Shown: in pieces, positions 6,552 to 15,226 of the stretch
Layout of the letters: every line of letters begins with the position of its first letter
How positions within the stretch are numbered: the first letter of the stretch is position 1
Virus record (IMG/VR): IMGVR_UViG_2925919700_000004
Location: 1-15,643 of that record
Source of the DNA: a virus
Taxonomy: Duplodnaviria; Heunggongvirae; Uroviricota; Caudoviricetes
Direction: 5' to 3' (one strand)
Length of the DNA stretch: 15,643 nt
Translations under genes and position numbers: made by a program
Notes under the pieces: generated by a model
Seen by the model: only the letters and a program-made list of their open reading frames with translations
The model's database searches: none
Told to the model about the DNA's origin: nothing

Positions 6552-8017
6552 TGGCACGAAACAAACAAGCCACGCGGCGAACGGCACAGGCCACCGCTGA
6601 TGGCTATGAGAACTTTGTTGCCCGCGTGGGGATGCAGACGCCTAACCAGCACTCAGCATCGACCTACCGGGCTAACTTCACCAGTCGTAACCGCATGCTG
6701 GTGGAATGGTCCTATCGTTCGTCCTGGATCATCGGCGAAGCGGTCGACGCTATCCCGGATGATATGACCCGCAAAGGCATTCGCATCACTTCGGAAATTG
6801 ATGCAAAAGATCGTGGCATTCTCGAATCACAACTGGATGAGTTGCAAATCTGGGATGCGCTGAATGACGTGCTGAAATGGTCGCGCCTCTATGGCGGCGC
6901 GGTGGGTTTCATCATGATTGAGGGGCAGGCACCAATGACCCCGCTGCGACCCGAAACCATCGGTAAGGGCAAGTTTAAGGGGATTCTCCCGCTCGACCGC
7001 TGGATGATCGACCCGGTACTGACCCGCCGCATTAAAGATATGGGGCCGGACCTGGGTAAACCTGAGTTTTACGATGTGGTGACCACAGCAACGGGAATTC
7101 CTGCCTGGCGCATTCATCACAGTCGACTGATTCGCTTTGATGGCGTCACGCTGCCATTTCAGCAGAAGATGACTGAGAACGAATGGGGAATGTCGGTTGT
7201 AGAGCGTATCTGGGATCGTCTTACCGCGTTCGACAGCGCTACTGTCGGCGCGGCGCAGCTGGTCTACAAAGCGCATCTGCGGACCTACAAGGTGGAAAAA
7301 CTTCGTGAGCTTATTGCGCTGGGCGGCCAGGCATTCGAGGCGCTGCTGAAAAACATTGATCTGATTCGACAGTTTCAGAGCAATGAAGGCATGACACTAA
7401 TGGATGCCAAAGATACCTTCGAAACCCACCAGTACAGCTTCAGTGGTCTGGATGACATTCTTTCGCAGTTCGCTGAGCAGATCAGCGGTGCCGTCGGCAT
7501 CCCGCTGGTACGCCTGTTTGGTCAATCCCCGAAAGGCTTCTCAACTGGTGACGCAGACCTCGCCAACTATTACGACCGGGTGAGTTCATTGCAGGAGCGA
7601 CGATTACGGCTGCCGATGCGCCGGATACTGGACATTATGCACCGCTCGGAACTCGGTAAGCCGCTGCCGGACGATTTCACGTTTGAGTTTAACCCGCTCT
7701 GGCAAATGTCTGATGTCGATCGTTCAACGGTGGCGTTAAATACCACCAACGCAATCAGTACAGCGCTGGGTGATGGTCTGATGACACTGAAAGCCGCTAT
7801 GACTGATTTGCGCGAAAATTCTGACGTAACCGGCATCGGGGCATCCATTACCGACGAGGACATAGAGAATGCCGAAGACGAAGCGCCGCCAGGCATCCGC
7901 GAACCTGATGACGAACCGCAGGAGCCGTCAGGCGGAAATCCGCTATCGAACCAGCCTACGCAGGATAGCGCGGGCGGTCGGAGACATCGTAAATGGTCAC
8001 TACGATGGTTCAAATGA
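6551..8017 (+). CDS. Portal protein
   Basis: 488-aa ORF immediately downstream of and translationally coupled to terL, preceded by GGGAGA. Size, position and acidic C-terminal tail are typical of portal proteins in Mu-like or SPP1-like head modules. Followed by a Mu-F-like gene. Confidence 0.8.
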   Translation: MARNKQATRRTAQATADGYENFVARVGMQTPNQHSASTYRANFTSRNRMLVEWSYRSSWIIGEAVDAIPDDMTRKGIRITSEIDAKDRGILESQLDELQIWDALNDVLKWSRLYGGAVGFIMIEGQAPMTPLRPETIGKGKFKGILPLDRWMIDPVLTRRIKDMGPDLGKPEFYDVVTTATGIPAWRIHHSRLIRFDGVTLPFQQKMTENEWGMSVVERIWDRLTAFDSATVGAAQLVYKAHLRTYKVEKLRELIALGGQAFEALLKNIDLIRQFQSNEGMTLMDAKDTFETHQYSFSGLDDILSQFAEQISGAVGIPLVRLFGQSPKGFSTGDADLANYYDRVSSLQERRLRLPMRRILDIMHRSELGKPLPDDFTFEFNPLWQMSDVDRSTVALNTTNAISTALGDGLMTLKAAMTDLRENSDVTGIGASITDEDIENAEDEAPPGIREPDDEPQEPSGGNPLSNQPTQDSAGGRRHRKWSLRWFK

Positions 8018-8492
8018 TAGCGTTACCGAAATAATGGATGCGCTGGAGCGCTACAGCGAAATCATCACCCCCTGGGCGACGAAGGTTGCTGAGAACTTTA
8101 CCGCCGACATTGCACGCCAGAATGAAAAGCAGTGGCGTCAGTACAGCCGGAACATCAGCGCAGAGCTGCGCAACATGGTCGACCGCGCCCCGGTAGGCCA
8201 GGTGATGAAATCCATCGTCGCCGAGCAAATTAAGTACATCAAGTCACTGCCTCTTGAGGCCGCCGATCGGGTGTATGACATTCAGAACAAGGCCATCGAG
8301 GCCGTTGTGTCTGGTGGCCGCGCTGAACCATTCGCGAAAGAGATAGCAGCGTCCGGTGACGTGTCACGCTCACGAGCGAACCTTATCGCCCGTACCGAGC
8401 TTGGACGTGCAACCGGCGCACTCGATCAGGCGCGTGCGCTGTCAATCGGCTCGAATGGTTATAACGTGGCGTCATTACTGGGAGGCGGCTAA
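7869..8492 (+). CDS. Head morphogenesis protein, Mu F / SPP1 gp7-like minor head protein
   Basis: 207-aa ORF containing the ...SRANLIARTELGRA... motif typical of the Phage_Mu_F domain. ATG at 7869 has GAGGA about 8 nt upstream but overlaps the portal gene by 149 nt; alternative in-frame starts are at 7908 and 8034. Confidence 0.75.
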   Translation: MPKTKRRQASANLMTNRRSRQAEIRYRTSLRRIARAVGDIVNGHYDGSNDSVTEIMDALERYSEIITPWATKVAENFTADIARQNEKQWRQYSRNISAELRNMVDRAPVGQVMKSIVAEQIKYIKSLPLEAADRVYDIQNKAIEAVVSGGRAEPFAKEIAASGDVSRSRANLIARTELGRATGALDQARALSIGSNGYNVASLLGGG

Positions 8493-8794
8493 TGACAATT
8501 CAGGAAATTCCGCTGACAGCGGACAACCAGCAGTTCAGCATCGTCCTGGGTGGTGTCACCTGGCGGATTAGCATCATATGGCGAGATCCTTACTGGATTA
8601 TGGACCTGCAGAACGACAGAGGGGAGCCGGTAATCTCCGGTATTCCTCTCGTCACTGGCGCTGATCTGCTGGCGCAGTACGCCTGTATGGGGCTTGGTTT
8701 TAAGCTGGTGGTGGTCTGCGATGACAACACACAGGATTACCCCACAAAAACTGATCTTGGCGGCCGCAGTCATTTACTGGTATCAACGGAGTAA
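8492..8794 (+). CDS. Hypothetical structural-module protein (100 aa)
   Basis: Start overlaps the previous stop (TAATG) with a GGGAGG Shine-Dalgarno, and the next gene starts 3 nt after its stop, indicating translational coupling within the late operon. Function not recognisable. Confidence 0.5.
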   Translation: MTIQEIPLTADNQQFSIVLGGVTWRISIIWRDPYWIMDLQNDRGEPVISGIPLVTGADLLAQYACMGLGFKLVVVCDDNTQDYPTKTDLGGRSHLLVSTE

Positions 8795-8796
8795 GC

Positions 8797-9861
8797 ATGT
8801 CACAGAACTGGATGAGACATTTCGAGCTGCAGCTTGTGGACGGGAACGGTCAGGGAATTGAGCTAAGTGATTTCAAAGTCACCTTTACGATCGACTGGTT
8901 CAACATCAGCAGCGCGTCCCGGGTAGGGACTATCAAAATTTATAACCTCTCGGCAGATACTGTGAACCGAATCACCGGGCAGGAATTTTCGAAAGTGCGT
9001 CTGATTGCCGGTTACGACGGTATCGCGCCGGAGGTGTCAGCAAGCGACGTAGGGACCGTGCGGGAAGTTGACGCGGCGGACGTGGGCCAGAGAGATGGCC
9101 GCAACTACGGACTGATTTTCAGCGGTGAAATTCGCTACTCGGTCACAGGAAAAGACAGTCCGGTTGATACCTACGTCCTGATTCAGGCAGCAGATACTGA
9201 TCTGGCTTTTGCCACCAGTATAACCTCACAGACGCTGGCTGCCGGTTACACGGTCGCTGATGTGAACCGTGCGCTGATGAAAGACTTCGAAGCCAAAGGC
9301 GCGACCGAAGGCCTGACGCCTGAAATGCCTGCTACTGTATTCCCCCGGGGGCGGGTACTCTTTGGCATGACGCGGCATCTTATGGATAACGTAGCTGGTC
9401 AATGTGGTGCAACATGGCAATTCGTGGACGGTCAACGCCAGATGGTGGCGAATAACGAATATGTTCATGAAGCGATTGTGCTCAACAGCGCCACCGGGCT
9501 TATCGGCATGCCGCAGCAGACTATCGGCAACGGTGTAAACGTCCGTGCGCTGATTAATCCGAACATCCGGGTTAACGGGCTTATTCAGCTGGATCAGGCT
9601 TCCGTGTACCGCACCGCGCTGTCGAACAATGATATCGCGATGGCTGGTGGTCAGATCACCGACCAGAACACGGACGGAAATATCACGCTAAGCGGCACCA
9701 CAGCACAACCTGCCAGCATCGCAACGGATGGCGTTTATATTGTGCGCGGGATTATGTACACTGGAGATACAAGGGGCCAGGCGTGGTACATGGATATGAT
9801 GTGCGAAGCGCGTGGCGCGGCGGATCTTCAAAGTCAAGGAGCAATGAATCGGTGGGGATAA
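8797..9861 (+). CDS. Putative baseplate hub protein (gpD / Mu gp44-like); assignment by position and size only
   Basis: 354-aa ORF with ACGGAG Shine-Dalgarno. It is the last core gene before the spike-wedge-J-gp48 baseplate set, which is where Mu-like and P2-like modules place the hub. No diagnostic motif recognised, so the functional call is weak. Confidence 0.4.
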   Translation: MSQNWMRHFELQLVDGNGQGIELSDFKVTFTIDWFNISSASRVGTIKIYNLSADTVNRITGQEFSKVRLIAGYDGIAPEVSASDVGTVREVDAADVGQRDGRNYGLIFSGEIRYSVTGKDSPVDTYVLIQAADTDLAFATSITSQTLAAGYTVADVNRALMKDFEAKGATEGLTPEMPATVFPRGRVLFGMTRHLMDNVAGQCGATWQFVDGQRQMVANNEYVHEAIVLNSATGLIGMPQQTIGNGVNVRALINPNIRVNGLIQLDQASVYRTALSNNDIAMAGGQITDQNTDGNITLSGTTAQPASIATDGVYIVRGIMYTGDTRGQAWYMDMMCEARGAADLQSQGAMNRWG

Positions 9862-9863
9862 GA

Positions 9864-10328
9864 TTGAATAAGAAAGCCATTTTTATTGCAATAATTTTAC
9901 TTGTTCCGATGTCGGGATTAGCCGCTCCTGGGAAGTATGAAAAAATGGCTGTTGATTTAATGGATCAGCAAAAGTTTACGCAGTGGCAACATTACGCCTC
10001 TGCTACTCCTTTTTTCGCTATGAATGGTCGCAGATTCGCCATGACCATTGATGATTTCGCGGATATAGTCAGCAACTCCTTTCAAGAATGCGAAGATCTG
10101 GATTCCTACACCAATCGGAAAGGAACTACGGATGATTGTAAGTCCTATGTTTACAAAGGCATAAAGGAGTGGGTAAACCTCTCTCAAGATAAGTCTGTTA
10201 GCGATACAGCATGGAAAATGGGCCAGCGCTATGCCTTCAACACACGTAATCCTATTGCCCATAAAAACGCATGGGATTTCAATGGGATGGCGGCCGGTAT
10301 TCGCGTTGCTAAATCTCAAGGTTATTAA
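9864..10328 (+). CDS. Hypothetical secreted protein (about 155 aa) with N-terminal signal peptide; cargo gene
   Basis: I prefer the TTG start at 9864 (MNKKAIFIAIILLVPMSGLAAPGKYEK...), which gives a classic signal peptide with a positively charged n-region, hydrophobic core and small residues before the cleavage site. The track start (GTG 9783) would overlap the upstream gene. Two cysteines in the mature part. Markedly AT-rich. Confidence 0.55.
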   Translation: MNKKAIFIAIILLVPMSGLAAPGKYEKMAVDLMDQQKFTQWQHYASATPFFAMNGRRFAMTIDDFADIVSNSFQECEDLDSYTNRKGTTDDCKSYVYKGIKEWVNLSQDKSVSDTAWKMGQRYAFNTRNPIAHKNAWDFNGMAAGIRVAKSQGY

Positions 10329-10553
10329 GTCATGGATGCGCCGAAAATCATCGGATCTTTCCCTTGTAAAAAAGTGGCTGGGCGATGATTTTTGACGTCC
10401 ATAATATTATGGATGAACTGTTGCCAATTGCGCTAATTTTAACAAAATAATACTGGTTAACGCATTTTTTGAACCATCTGTACACAGTAGTTGTCTATAC
10501 TTTACCTTAAAGGTAAACTCTGCGCTCCACTGATGTTCACTATGGGAGGGGAT

Positions 10554-10793
10554 ATGAGGAAAATCGTTAATCGTTACTTAGCCGCTGCCGGTAGTGTTAT
10601 GGACATTATGCCGACTACAGATTACTGGCAATATGCTGCTTCTGGATCTGATTGTCGGGCAATAAGAAGTGATGTTAAAGTCATTGCAAGTGACATGAAC
10701 AGAGTTATCAGGTATGAGTTCAAAACCCCGCAAGCAGGCGGCCGTTCTCAAAAAGCATCAGGAAAACAAAGCGTCGCAAAAAACCGTTCCTGA
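10554..10793 (+). CDS. Small hypothetical protein (80 aa)
   Basis: Track ORF 10491..10793 trimmed to the ATG at 10554, which has a strong GGGAGGGG Shine-Dalgarno 4-5 nt upstream. The 3' end overlaps the next ORF by 80 nt in another frame. Confidence 0.35.
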   Translation: MRKIVNRYLAAAGSVMDIMPTTDYWQYAASGSDCRAIRSDVKVIASDMNRVIRYEFKTPQAGGRSQKASGKQSVAKNRS

Positions 10794-11286
10794 TTCGGAT
10801 GGTATCGACGAAGATATTGATTCCTCGGAATATGATGAGTCTCAGGAAGTAGTGGAAAAGCTGTCTGCAGTTGCCAACCTTGATCCTGAGCTAAAATCGA
10901 AGTTAACACCTGAACTTCTTGAGAGAGTTTCTAAGAACCCGAAGGTTATTGCCATGTTTCAGCAGGAGTCTTTTCAGGGACCACTCCCACCTCCTGCTAT
11001 GCTCTTACAATATAATCAAATATTACCCGGCGGCGCTGAGAGAATTTTCAGGCTAACCGAAAAAGAGCAAGAGCATAGGCATAAGACGCAAAGTGATGCA
11101 TTACTTGGTGCGGTTTCACGCGACAAACGTGGGCAATGGATGGGATTTTGCATTGCAATGGTAGTGCTTATAATGGCTGCGTTTTTTGCTAATCGCGGTA
11201 ACACTTGGTTCGCAGGTACTCTTGCTACTTTAGATCTCGTAGGATTAACTACAGTGTTTGTTTATGGTAGGAAGAAACCTAAATAA
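10714..11286 (+). CDS. Hypothetical membrane protein with C-terminal paired transmembrane helices (possibly DUF2335-like)
   Basis: 190-aa ORF with an acidic/charged N-terminal half, a conserved-looking LPPPAMLLQYNQILPGGAERIF segment, and two C-terminal hydrophobic segments (MGFCIAMVVLIMAAFFA and FAGTLATLDLVGLTTVFVY). The family name is from memory and unverified. Confidence 0.55.
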   Translation: MSSKPRKQAAVLKKHQENKASQKTVPDSDGIDEDIDSSEYDESQEVVEKLSAVANLDPELKSKLTPELLERVSKNPKVIAMFQQESFQGPLPPPAMLLQYNQILPGGAERIFRLTEKEQEHRHKTQSDALLGAVSRDKRGQWMGFCIAMVVLIMAAFFANRGNTWFAGTLATLDLVGLTTVFVYGRKKPK

Positions 11287-11302
11287 TCCATACATCCTTT
11301 CA

Positions 11303-11325
11303 AACCCGCTTCGGCGGGTTTTTTG
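11303..11325 (+). terminator. Rho-independent terminator
   Basis: AACCCGC-ttcg-GCGGGTT stem-loop followed by TTTTTTG, 17 nt after the stop of the membrane-protein gene. Confidence 0.65.
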
Positions 11326-11343
11326 CTTTCTGGAGCCTACTAA

Positions 11344-12096
11344 ATGGCAGTATCTGACCAGACCCGCAGCGGCGACCTTGCCGAAACATTCAAATCTGAA
11401 CGGGAAACAACAAAGAACCAGATACGTGTTGCTTTGCCTGGCATCGTCCAGTCATTCGATCCTGATGCGGTGACAGCGGTTGTGCAGCCTGCGATCCGTT
11501 CGGTTGAGAAGGATAATGACGGCAACCGCATTACCCAAAATTACCCATTGCTGGTGGATGTGCCAGTGGTATTCCCGCGTGGCGGAGGATGTACGCTAAC
11601 GTTTCCGATTAAAGCCGGGGATGAGTGTTTGGTGATTTTTGCCGATCGTTGTATTGATTTCTGGTGGCAGAGCGGCGGGATACAGGAGCCGGTTGATGAC
11701 AGAATGCATGATTTATCGGATGCGTTTTGTATTGTCGGTCCCCAGTCGCAGGCAAGGAAGATTAGCGGTATTAATACCAGTGCCACACAGTTGCGTAGTG
11801 ACGACGGCAGCACCTATTTTGAGCTTAATCCTGATACCAGGAAAATTAAAATTGTCGCTCCGGGGGGGCTTGATGTGGTTGCCCCCCTGGCTGATTTTTC
11901 TGAGAAAGTAACCATTCATGGCCTGTTAACCTGGATGGGGGGCATGGTGGGGTCTGTTGTTTCTGGTGTGGCTTCAAAAATCACTGGTGCTGTTGAGTTT
12001 TTGGGTAGCGTGAAGGCTAACGGCAAGCCAATCGATGATACGCACACTCATGGTGGTGTTCAGCGCGGTGGAAGCAATACTGACGGAGTAAACTGA
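11344..12096 (+). CDS. Baseplate central spike / baseplate assembly protein V-like (Mu gp45 / P2 gpV-type)
   Basis: 250-aa ORF with GGAG Shine-Dalgarno. The Gly-rich C-terminus has a His-x-His motif (DDTHTHGGVQRGGSNTDG) of the kind found at the metal-binding apex of phage spike proteins. Immediately precedes wedge-like and J-like genes. Confidence 0.75.
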   Translation: MAVSDQTRSGDLAETFKSERETTKNQIRVALPGIVQSFDPDAVTAVVQPAIRSVEKDNDGNRITQNYPLLVDVPVVFPRGGGCTLTFPIKAGDECLVIFADRCIDFWWQSGGIQEPVDDRMHDLSDAFCIVGPQSQARKISGINTSATQLRSDDGSTYFELNPDTRKIKIVAPGGLDVVAPLADFSEKVTIHGLLTWMGGMVGSVVSGVASKITGAVEFLGSVKANGKPIDDTHTHGGVQRGGSNTDGVN

Positions 12097-12449
12097 TGCG
12101 ATACAGACGTGAAGACGCCGATGGCGATTACACCTTTGGCAGCGGTGATGACACCTGGCTGATTAACTCACCGGAGGCCGTGGCGCAGGCGGTAAAAACG
12201 CGATTCGAATTGTGGTATGGGCAATGGTTTCTCGACACCACCGAGGGGACTCCGTGGATCCAGTCCGTACTCGGTAAGCAGAAGCCGGAAACCTACAACC
12301 TGGCGATCCGTAAGCGCATCCTCGAAACGCGGGGCGTTAAATCAATCCTCTCTTTCAATACGACGGTGGATACCACGACCCGACGTGTCATGTTTTCCGC
12401 TGAAATCGACACTCTTTATGGAATAACGACTGTTACATCGGAGGCGTAA
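12096..12449 (+). CDS. Small baseplate protein (Mu gp46 / gpW-like position)
   Basis: 117-aa ORF translationally coupled on both sides (TGATG at 12094-12098, TAATG at 12447-12451), between the spike and baseplate J genes. Assignment is by size and synteny. Confidence 0.55.
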   Translation: MRYRREDADGDYTFGSGDDTWLINSPEAVAQAVKTRFELWYGQWFLDTTEGTPWIQSVLGKQKPETYNLAIRKRILETRGVKSILSFNTTVDTTTRRVMFSAEIDTLYGITTVTSEA

Positions 12450-13648
12450 TGGCTCTGAACCTTGATTCTCTCGGTTTATCTGCAAAGGTAACCGCGGAGG
12501 GGATCAGTGCGCCTGATTATCAGACGATACTCAGCACCCTGATTAGCTATTTTCAGCAGATTTATGGCAGTGATGCCTACCTCGAACCGGACAGCAAAGA
12601 CGGCCAGATGGTGGCTCTGATGGCGCTGGCGATTCATGATGCCAATAATATGGCGATAACTGTCTACAACTGTTTTTCACCGGCAACCGGCTATGGGGCT
12701 GCACTGACCAGTAACGTGAAAATAAATGGTATTTCACGTAAAGGCGCGACGAACTCTACGGTTGATTTGCTTCTTACAGGAACTGCCGGAACAACCATCA
12801 TTAATGGCAGCGTGAAAGACAGTAATAATGTGATATGGCGTTTGCCTGCTTCAGTGGTGGTCGGCGTGGATGGTACAGTGATGGCGACCGCAACATGTTC
12901 CGTCAGTGGTGCAGTGGCGGCGCTGGCTGGAACTATCACTGAAATTAATACGCCAACCCGTGGCTGGGTTTCGGTAACCAATCCTGCTGCAGCTACTGTG
13001 GGCACTCCGGCAGAAACTGACGCGGAGTTACGTATCCGCCAGTCGCAGAGTGTTGCGCTGCCATCAATAACCCCATTTGAAGCACTGGATGGTGCTGTTT
13101 CTAATGTTACCGGTGTAACCCGCCACAAACTCTATGAAAACGATACTGGTTCGGAGGACGGTAACGGGTTACCGCCACACTCTGTTGCTGTAATTGTGGA
13201 TGGCGGTGATGTGACGGATATTGCTCAGGCTATCAGAGGGAATAAAGGTCAGGGGACAGCCACTCACGGCACAACATCCGTTACGGTTCCGGATAAATAC
13301 GGCAATCCCCATGTAATCAAATTCTCGCGTTCCAGTGATGTACCTGTTTATGCCCGGATTAAATTAAAAGTTTTTACGGGTTATACCTCACAGATAGGGC
13401 AGCAGATCCAGCAGGCTATTTCCGACTATATCAATAGTCTGACGATTGGTGATTCGGTCCTTTTAAGTCGCATTTACTCACCGGCGAATCTTGGCGTGGT
13501 GAGTGGCGGGAATGCACGCTATTACGATATTCAGGAACTGACGATTGGGAAATCCCCGGGGGCTTTGTCGTCATCAAACATTGATATCAGATACAACGAA
13601 TCTGCGTCCTGTACACCGGAAAATATCGTTATAACGGTGGAGTCATGA
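12449..13648 (+). CDS. Baseplate J-like protein (Mu gp47 / P2 gpJ family)
   Basis: 399-aa ORF. Size and position (after the wedge-like gene, before the gp48-like gene) and overall sequence character fit the baseplate J family. Confidence 0.8.
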   Translation: MALNLDSLGLSAKVTAEGISAPDYQTILSTLISYFQQIYGSDAYLEPDSKDGQMVALMALAIHDANNMAITVYNCFSPATGYGAALTSNVKINGISRKGATNSTVDLLLTGTAGTTIINGSVKDSNNVIWRLPASVVVGVDGTVMATATCSVSGAVAALAGTITEINTPTRGWVSVTNPAAATVGTPAETDAELRIRQSQSVALPSITPFEALDGAVSNVTGVTRHKLYENDTGSEDGNGLPPHSVAVIVDGGDVTDIAQAIRGNKGQGTATHGTTSVTVPDKYGNPHVIKFSRSSDVPVYARIKLKVFTGYTSQIGQQIQQAISDYINSLTIGDSVLLSRIYSPANLGVVSGGNARYYDIQELTIGKSPGALSSSNIDIRYNESASCTPENIVITVES

Positions 13649-14325
13649 GCAAATACACCGAACTGATCACGAACTACCACGCCACCAAACCTAAATTTCT
13701 TGCACATGTTGATCTGATGACCCGGCCGCTTATTGATGTTGCGGCTGCCACCAGAGGGCTGATTACTGCATTTGATATTGACTCTGCGGTTGGTGTGCAA
13801 CTTGACATTCTTGGATTGTGGATCGGACGCAGCCGTGTTGTCAGCCAGCCGATCTCAGGTGTCTATTTCAGCTGGGATACCGACGGGCTTGGATATGATC
13901 AGGGTGTATGGCAGGGGCCATACGATCCTGATTCCGGATACATGTACCTCAGCGATGAAACTTATCGTGTCATCCTTAAAGCGAAGATTGCGATTAATAA
14001 CTGGGACGGACGGAATGATTCGCTTCCAGCAATTCTTGACGCTGCAACATCAGGATCCGGGCTGCGAATGCAGATAGTCGATAACCAGGACATGACGATA
14101 TCGGTCTGGGTCTTTCCTGATACTGATATTTCAGATGTATCGCGTGAGTTAATTGCGGCAATTAAACAGGGGTATCTCACAGTAAAAGCCGCCGGGGTGT
14201 GGGCGGGTGGCATTGAAACGCCTTCGGTGGAAACCCCATCTGAAGGCTCAAAATTTTTTGGTTTTGATATGGATAACGAATTCATCAGTGGTTTTGATGT
14301 AGGAGCATGGGGAGTATTACTCTGA
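13645..14325 (+). CDS. Tail protein, Mu gp48-like / e14 YmfQ-like
   Basis: 226-aa ORF whose start overlaps the J-like stop (ATGA). It occupies the gp48/gpI-equivalent position between baseplate J and the tail fibre gene. Confidence 0.65.
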   Translation: MSKYTELITNYHATKPKFLAHVDLMTRPLIDVAAATRGLITAFDIDSAVGVQLDILGLWIGRSRVVSQPISGVYFSWDTDGLGYDQGVWQGPYDPDSGYMYLSDETYRVILKAKIAINNWDGRNDSLPAILDAATSGSGLRMQIVDNQDMTISVWVFPDTDISDVSRELIAAIKQGYLTVKAAGVWAGGIETPSVETPSEGSKFFGFDMDNEFISGFDVGAWGVLL

Positions 14326-15224
14326 TGACGAAAAATGACTTTAAAGCGTTTGCAACGGATCGAAATGCCAATGTTATGTCGCAGGAGGAATGGGAAGCGT
14401 TGCCTGCGCTTTTATCCGGATTTACAGCAGGGAAAGCATCCAGTGCGCAAATCAATAAGGTTATTCGACAGGCCAGCTTTATTGCGGCAGCGCTTGCGCA
14501 GTACACAGCCAACAAAAGTGGGCTGGACGTGCTTGATGATGGTGACCTGAACGGGTTTATCTCCAAAATGGGAACCGCTTTTGGGAAGGATTTCCAGGCC
14601 CTTGATGCCACGCTGACGGCATTAGCTGGGCTGGAAACCGGTGCAAATAAACTCCCGTATTTCACTGGAAATGATACAGCTGCGCAGACTGATTTGACTT
14701 CTGTTGGCCGTGACATTATCGGGAAAAAGACTATTGCTGACATTCTCACATACCTTGGTTTGGGAGAAACAATAAATAAAGCCTCCGGAGCTATGCAGAA
14801 ATCGGCTAATGGAGCTGATATTTCTGATGTATCAGCCTTCCGAAATGCGCTCCAGTTAGGGACCGCTGCAACACGAGATGTTGGAGCAGATAATGCCTCG
14901 AAGTTACTGGATTTAGACAGCTTCAGGTCAATGATGTCAGGGAATGGCTACATCTACATTCCATGCATTGCGACGACAGGAAACCCGGTGAAACTTATGT
15001 TGCAGTGGGGAACGGTGGCAACACAAAAGGGAGCTGATGCTGGATATGCCTTACCATTTGCTTTTCCCTATGCAGGCTTATTTGCGACCGGAAACCGTGG
15101 AACATCTGGCTACAATGCCGCGATGAATGTGCGTATTGCCAGCAGAACGCATATCAGTATTCAGAACTGGTCGCCATCCGGAGAGGGCACCGAAGATTGT
15201 TGTTTTATCGCGCTGGGGTATTAA
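14325..15224 (+). CDS. Tail fibre protein
   Basis: ATG at 14325 overlaps the upstream stop (TGATG), with GGGGAG about 10 nt upstream. This is preferred over the track start at 14307, whose AGGAG is only 1 nt from the ATG. 299-aa protein followed by a tail-fibre assembly gene. The C-terminal half is visibly AT-richer than the N-terminal half. Confidence 0.7.
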   Translation: MTKNDFKAFATDRNANVMSQEEWEALPALLSGFTAGKASSAQINKVIRQASFIAAALAQYTANKSGLDVLDDGDLNGFISKMGTAFGKDFQALDATLTALAGLETGANKLPYFTGNDTAAQTDLTSVGRDIIGKKTIADILTYLGLGETINKASGAMQKSANGADISDVSAFRNALQLGTAATRDVGADNASKLLDLDSFRSMMSGNGYIYIPCIATTGNPVKLMLQWGTVATQKGADAGYALPFAFPYAGLFATGNRGTSGYNAAMNVRIASRTHISIQNWSPSGEGTEDCCFIALGY

Positions 15225-15226
15225 GA

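Noticed and set aside
5117-8013. Multiple ORFs of 80-150 aa on either strand inside terL and portal (for example 5117..5521, 5851..6096, 5857..6228, 6827..7276, 7570..8013)
   Set aside because: They are embedded in GC-rich coding sequence of well-supported large genes, where long alternative-frame ORFs arise by chance. No start signals or motifs.
8797-9861. Possibility that the 354-aa protein is the major capsid protein
   Set aside because: No protease or scaffold gene precedes it, it sits directly upstream of spike and wedge genes, and its sequence lacks features I associate with capsid proteins. Hub assignment by synteny is more parsimonious, though still unproven.
9783-9863. Track start GTG at 9783 (or GTG at 9852) for the secreted protein gene
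   Set aside because: These starts would overlap the end of the upstream gene and place about 25 hydrophilic residues before the signal peptide. The TTG at 9864 gives a canonical signal peptide directly after the upstream stop.
9957-10319. Minus-strand 120-aa ORF antisense to the secreted protein gene
   Set aside because: An antisense ORF in AT-rich DNA without a ribosome-binding site. The sense gene has the signal peptide and operon context.
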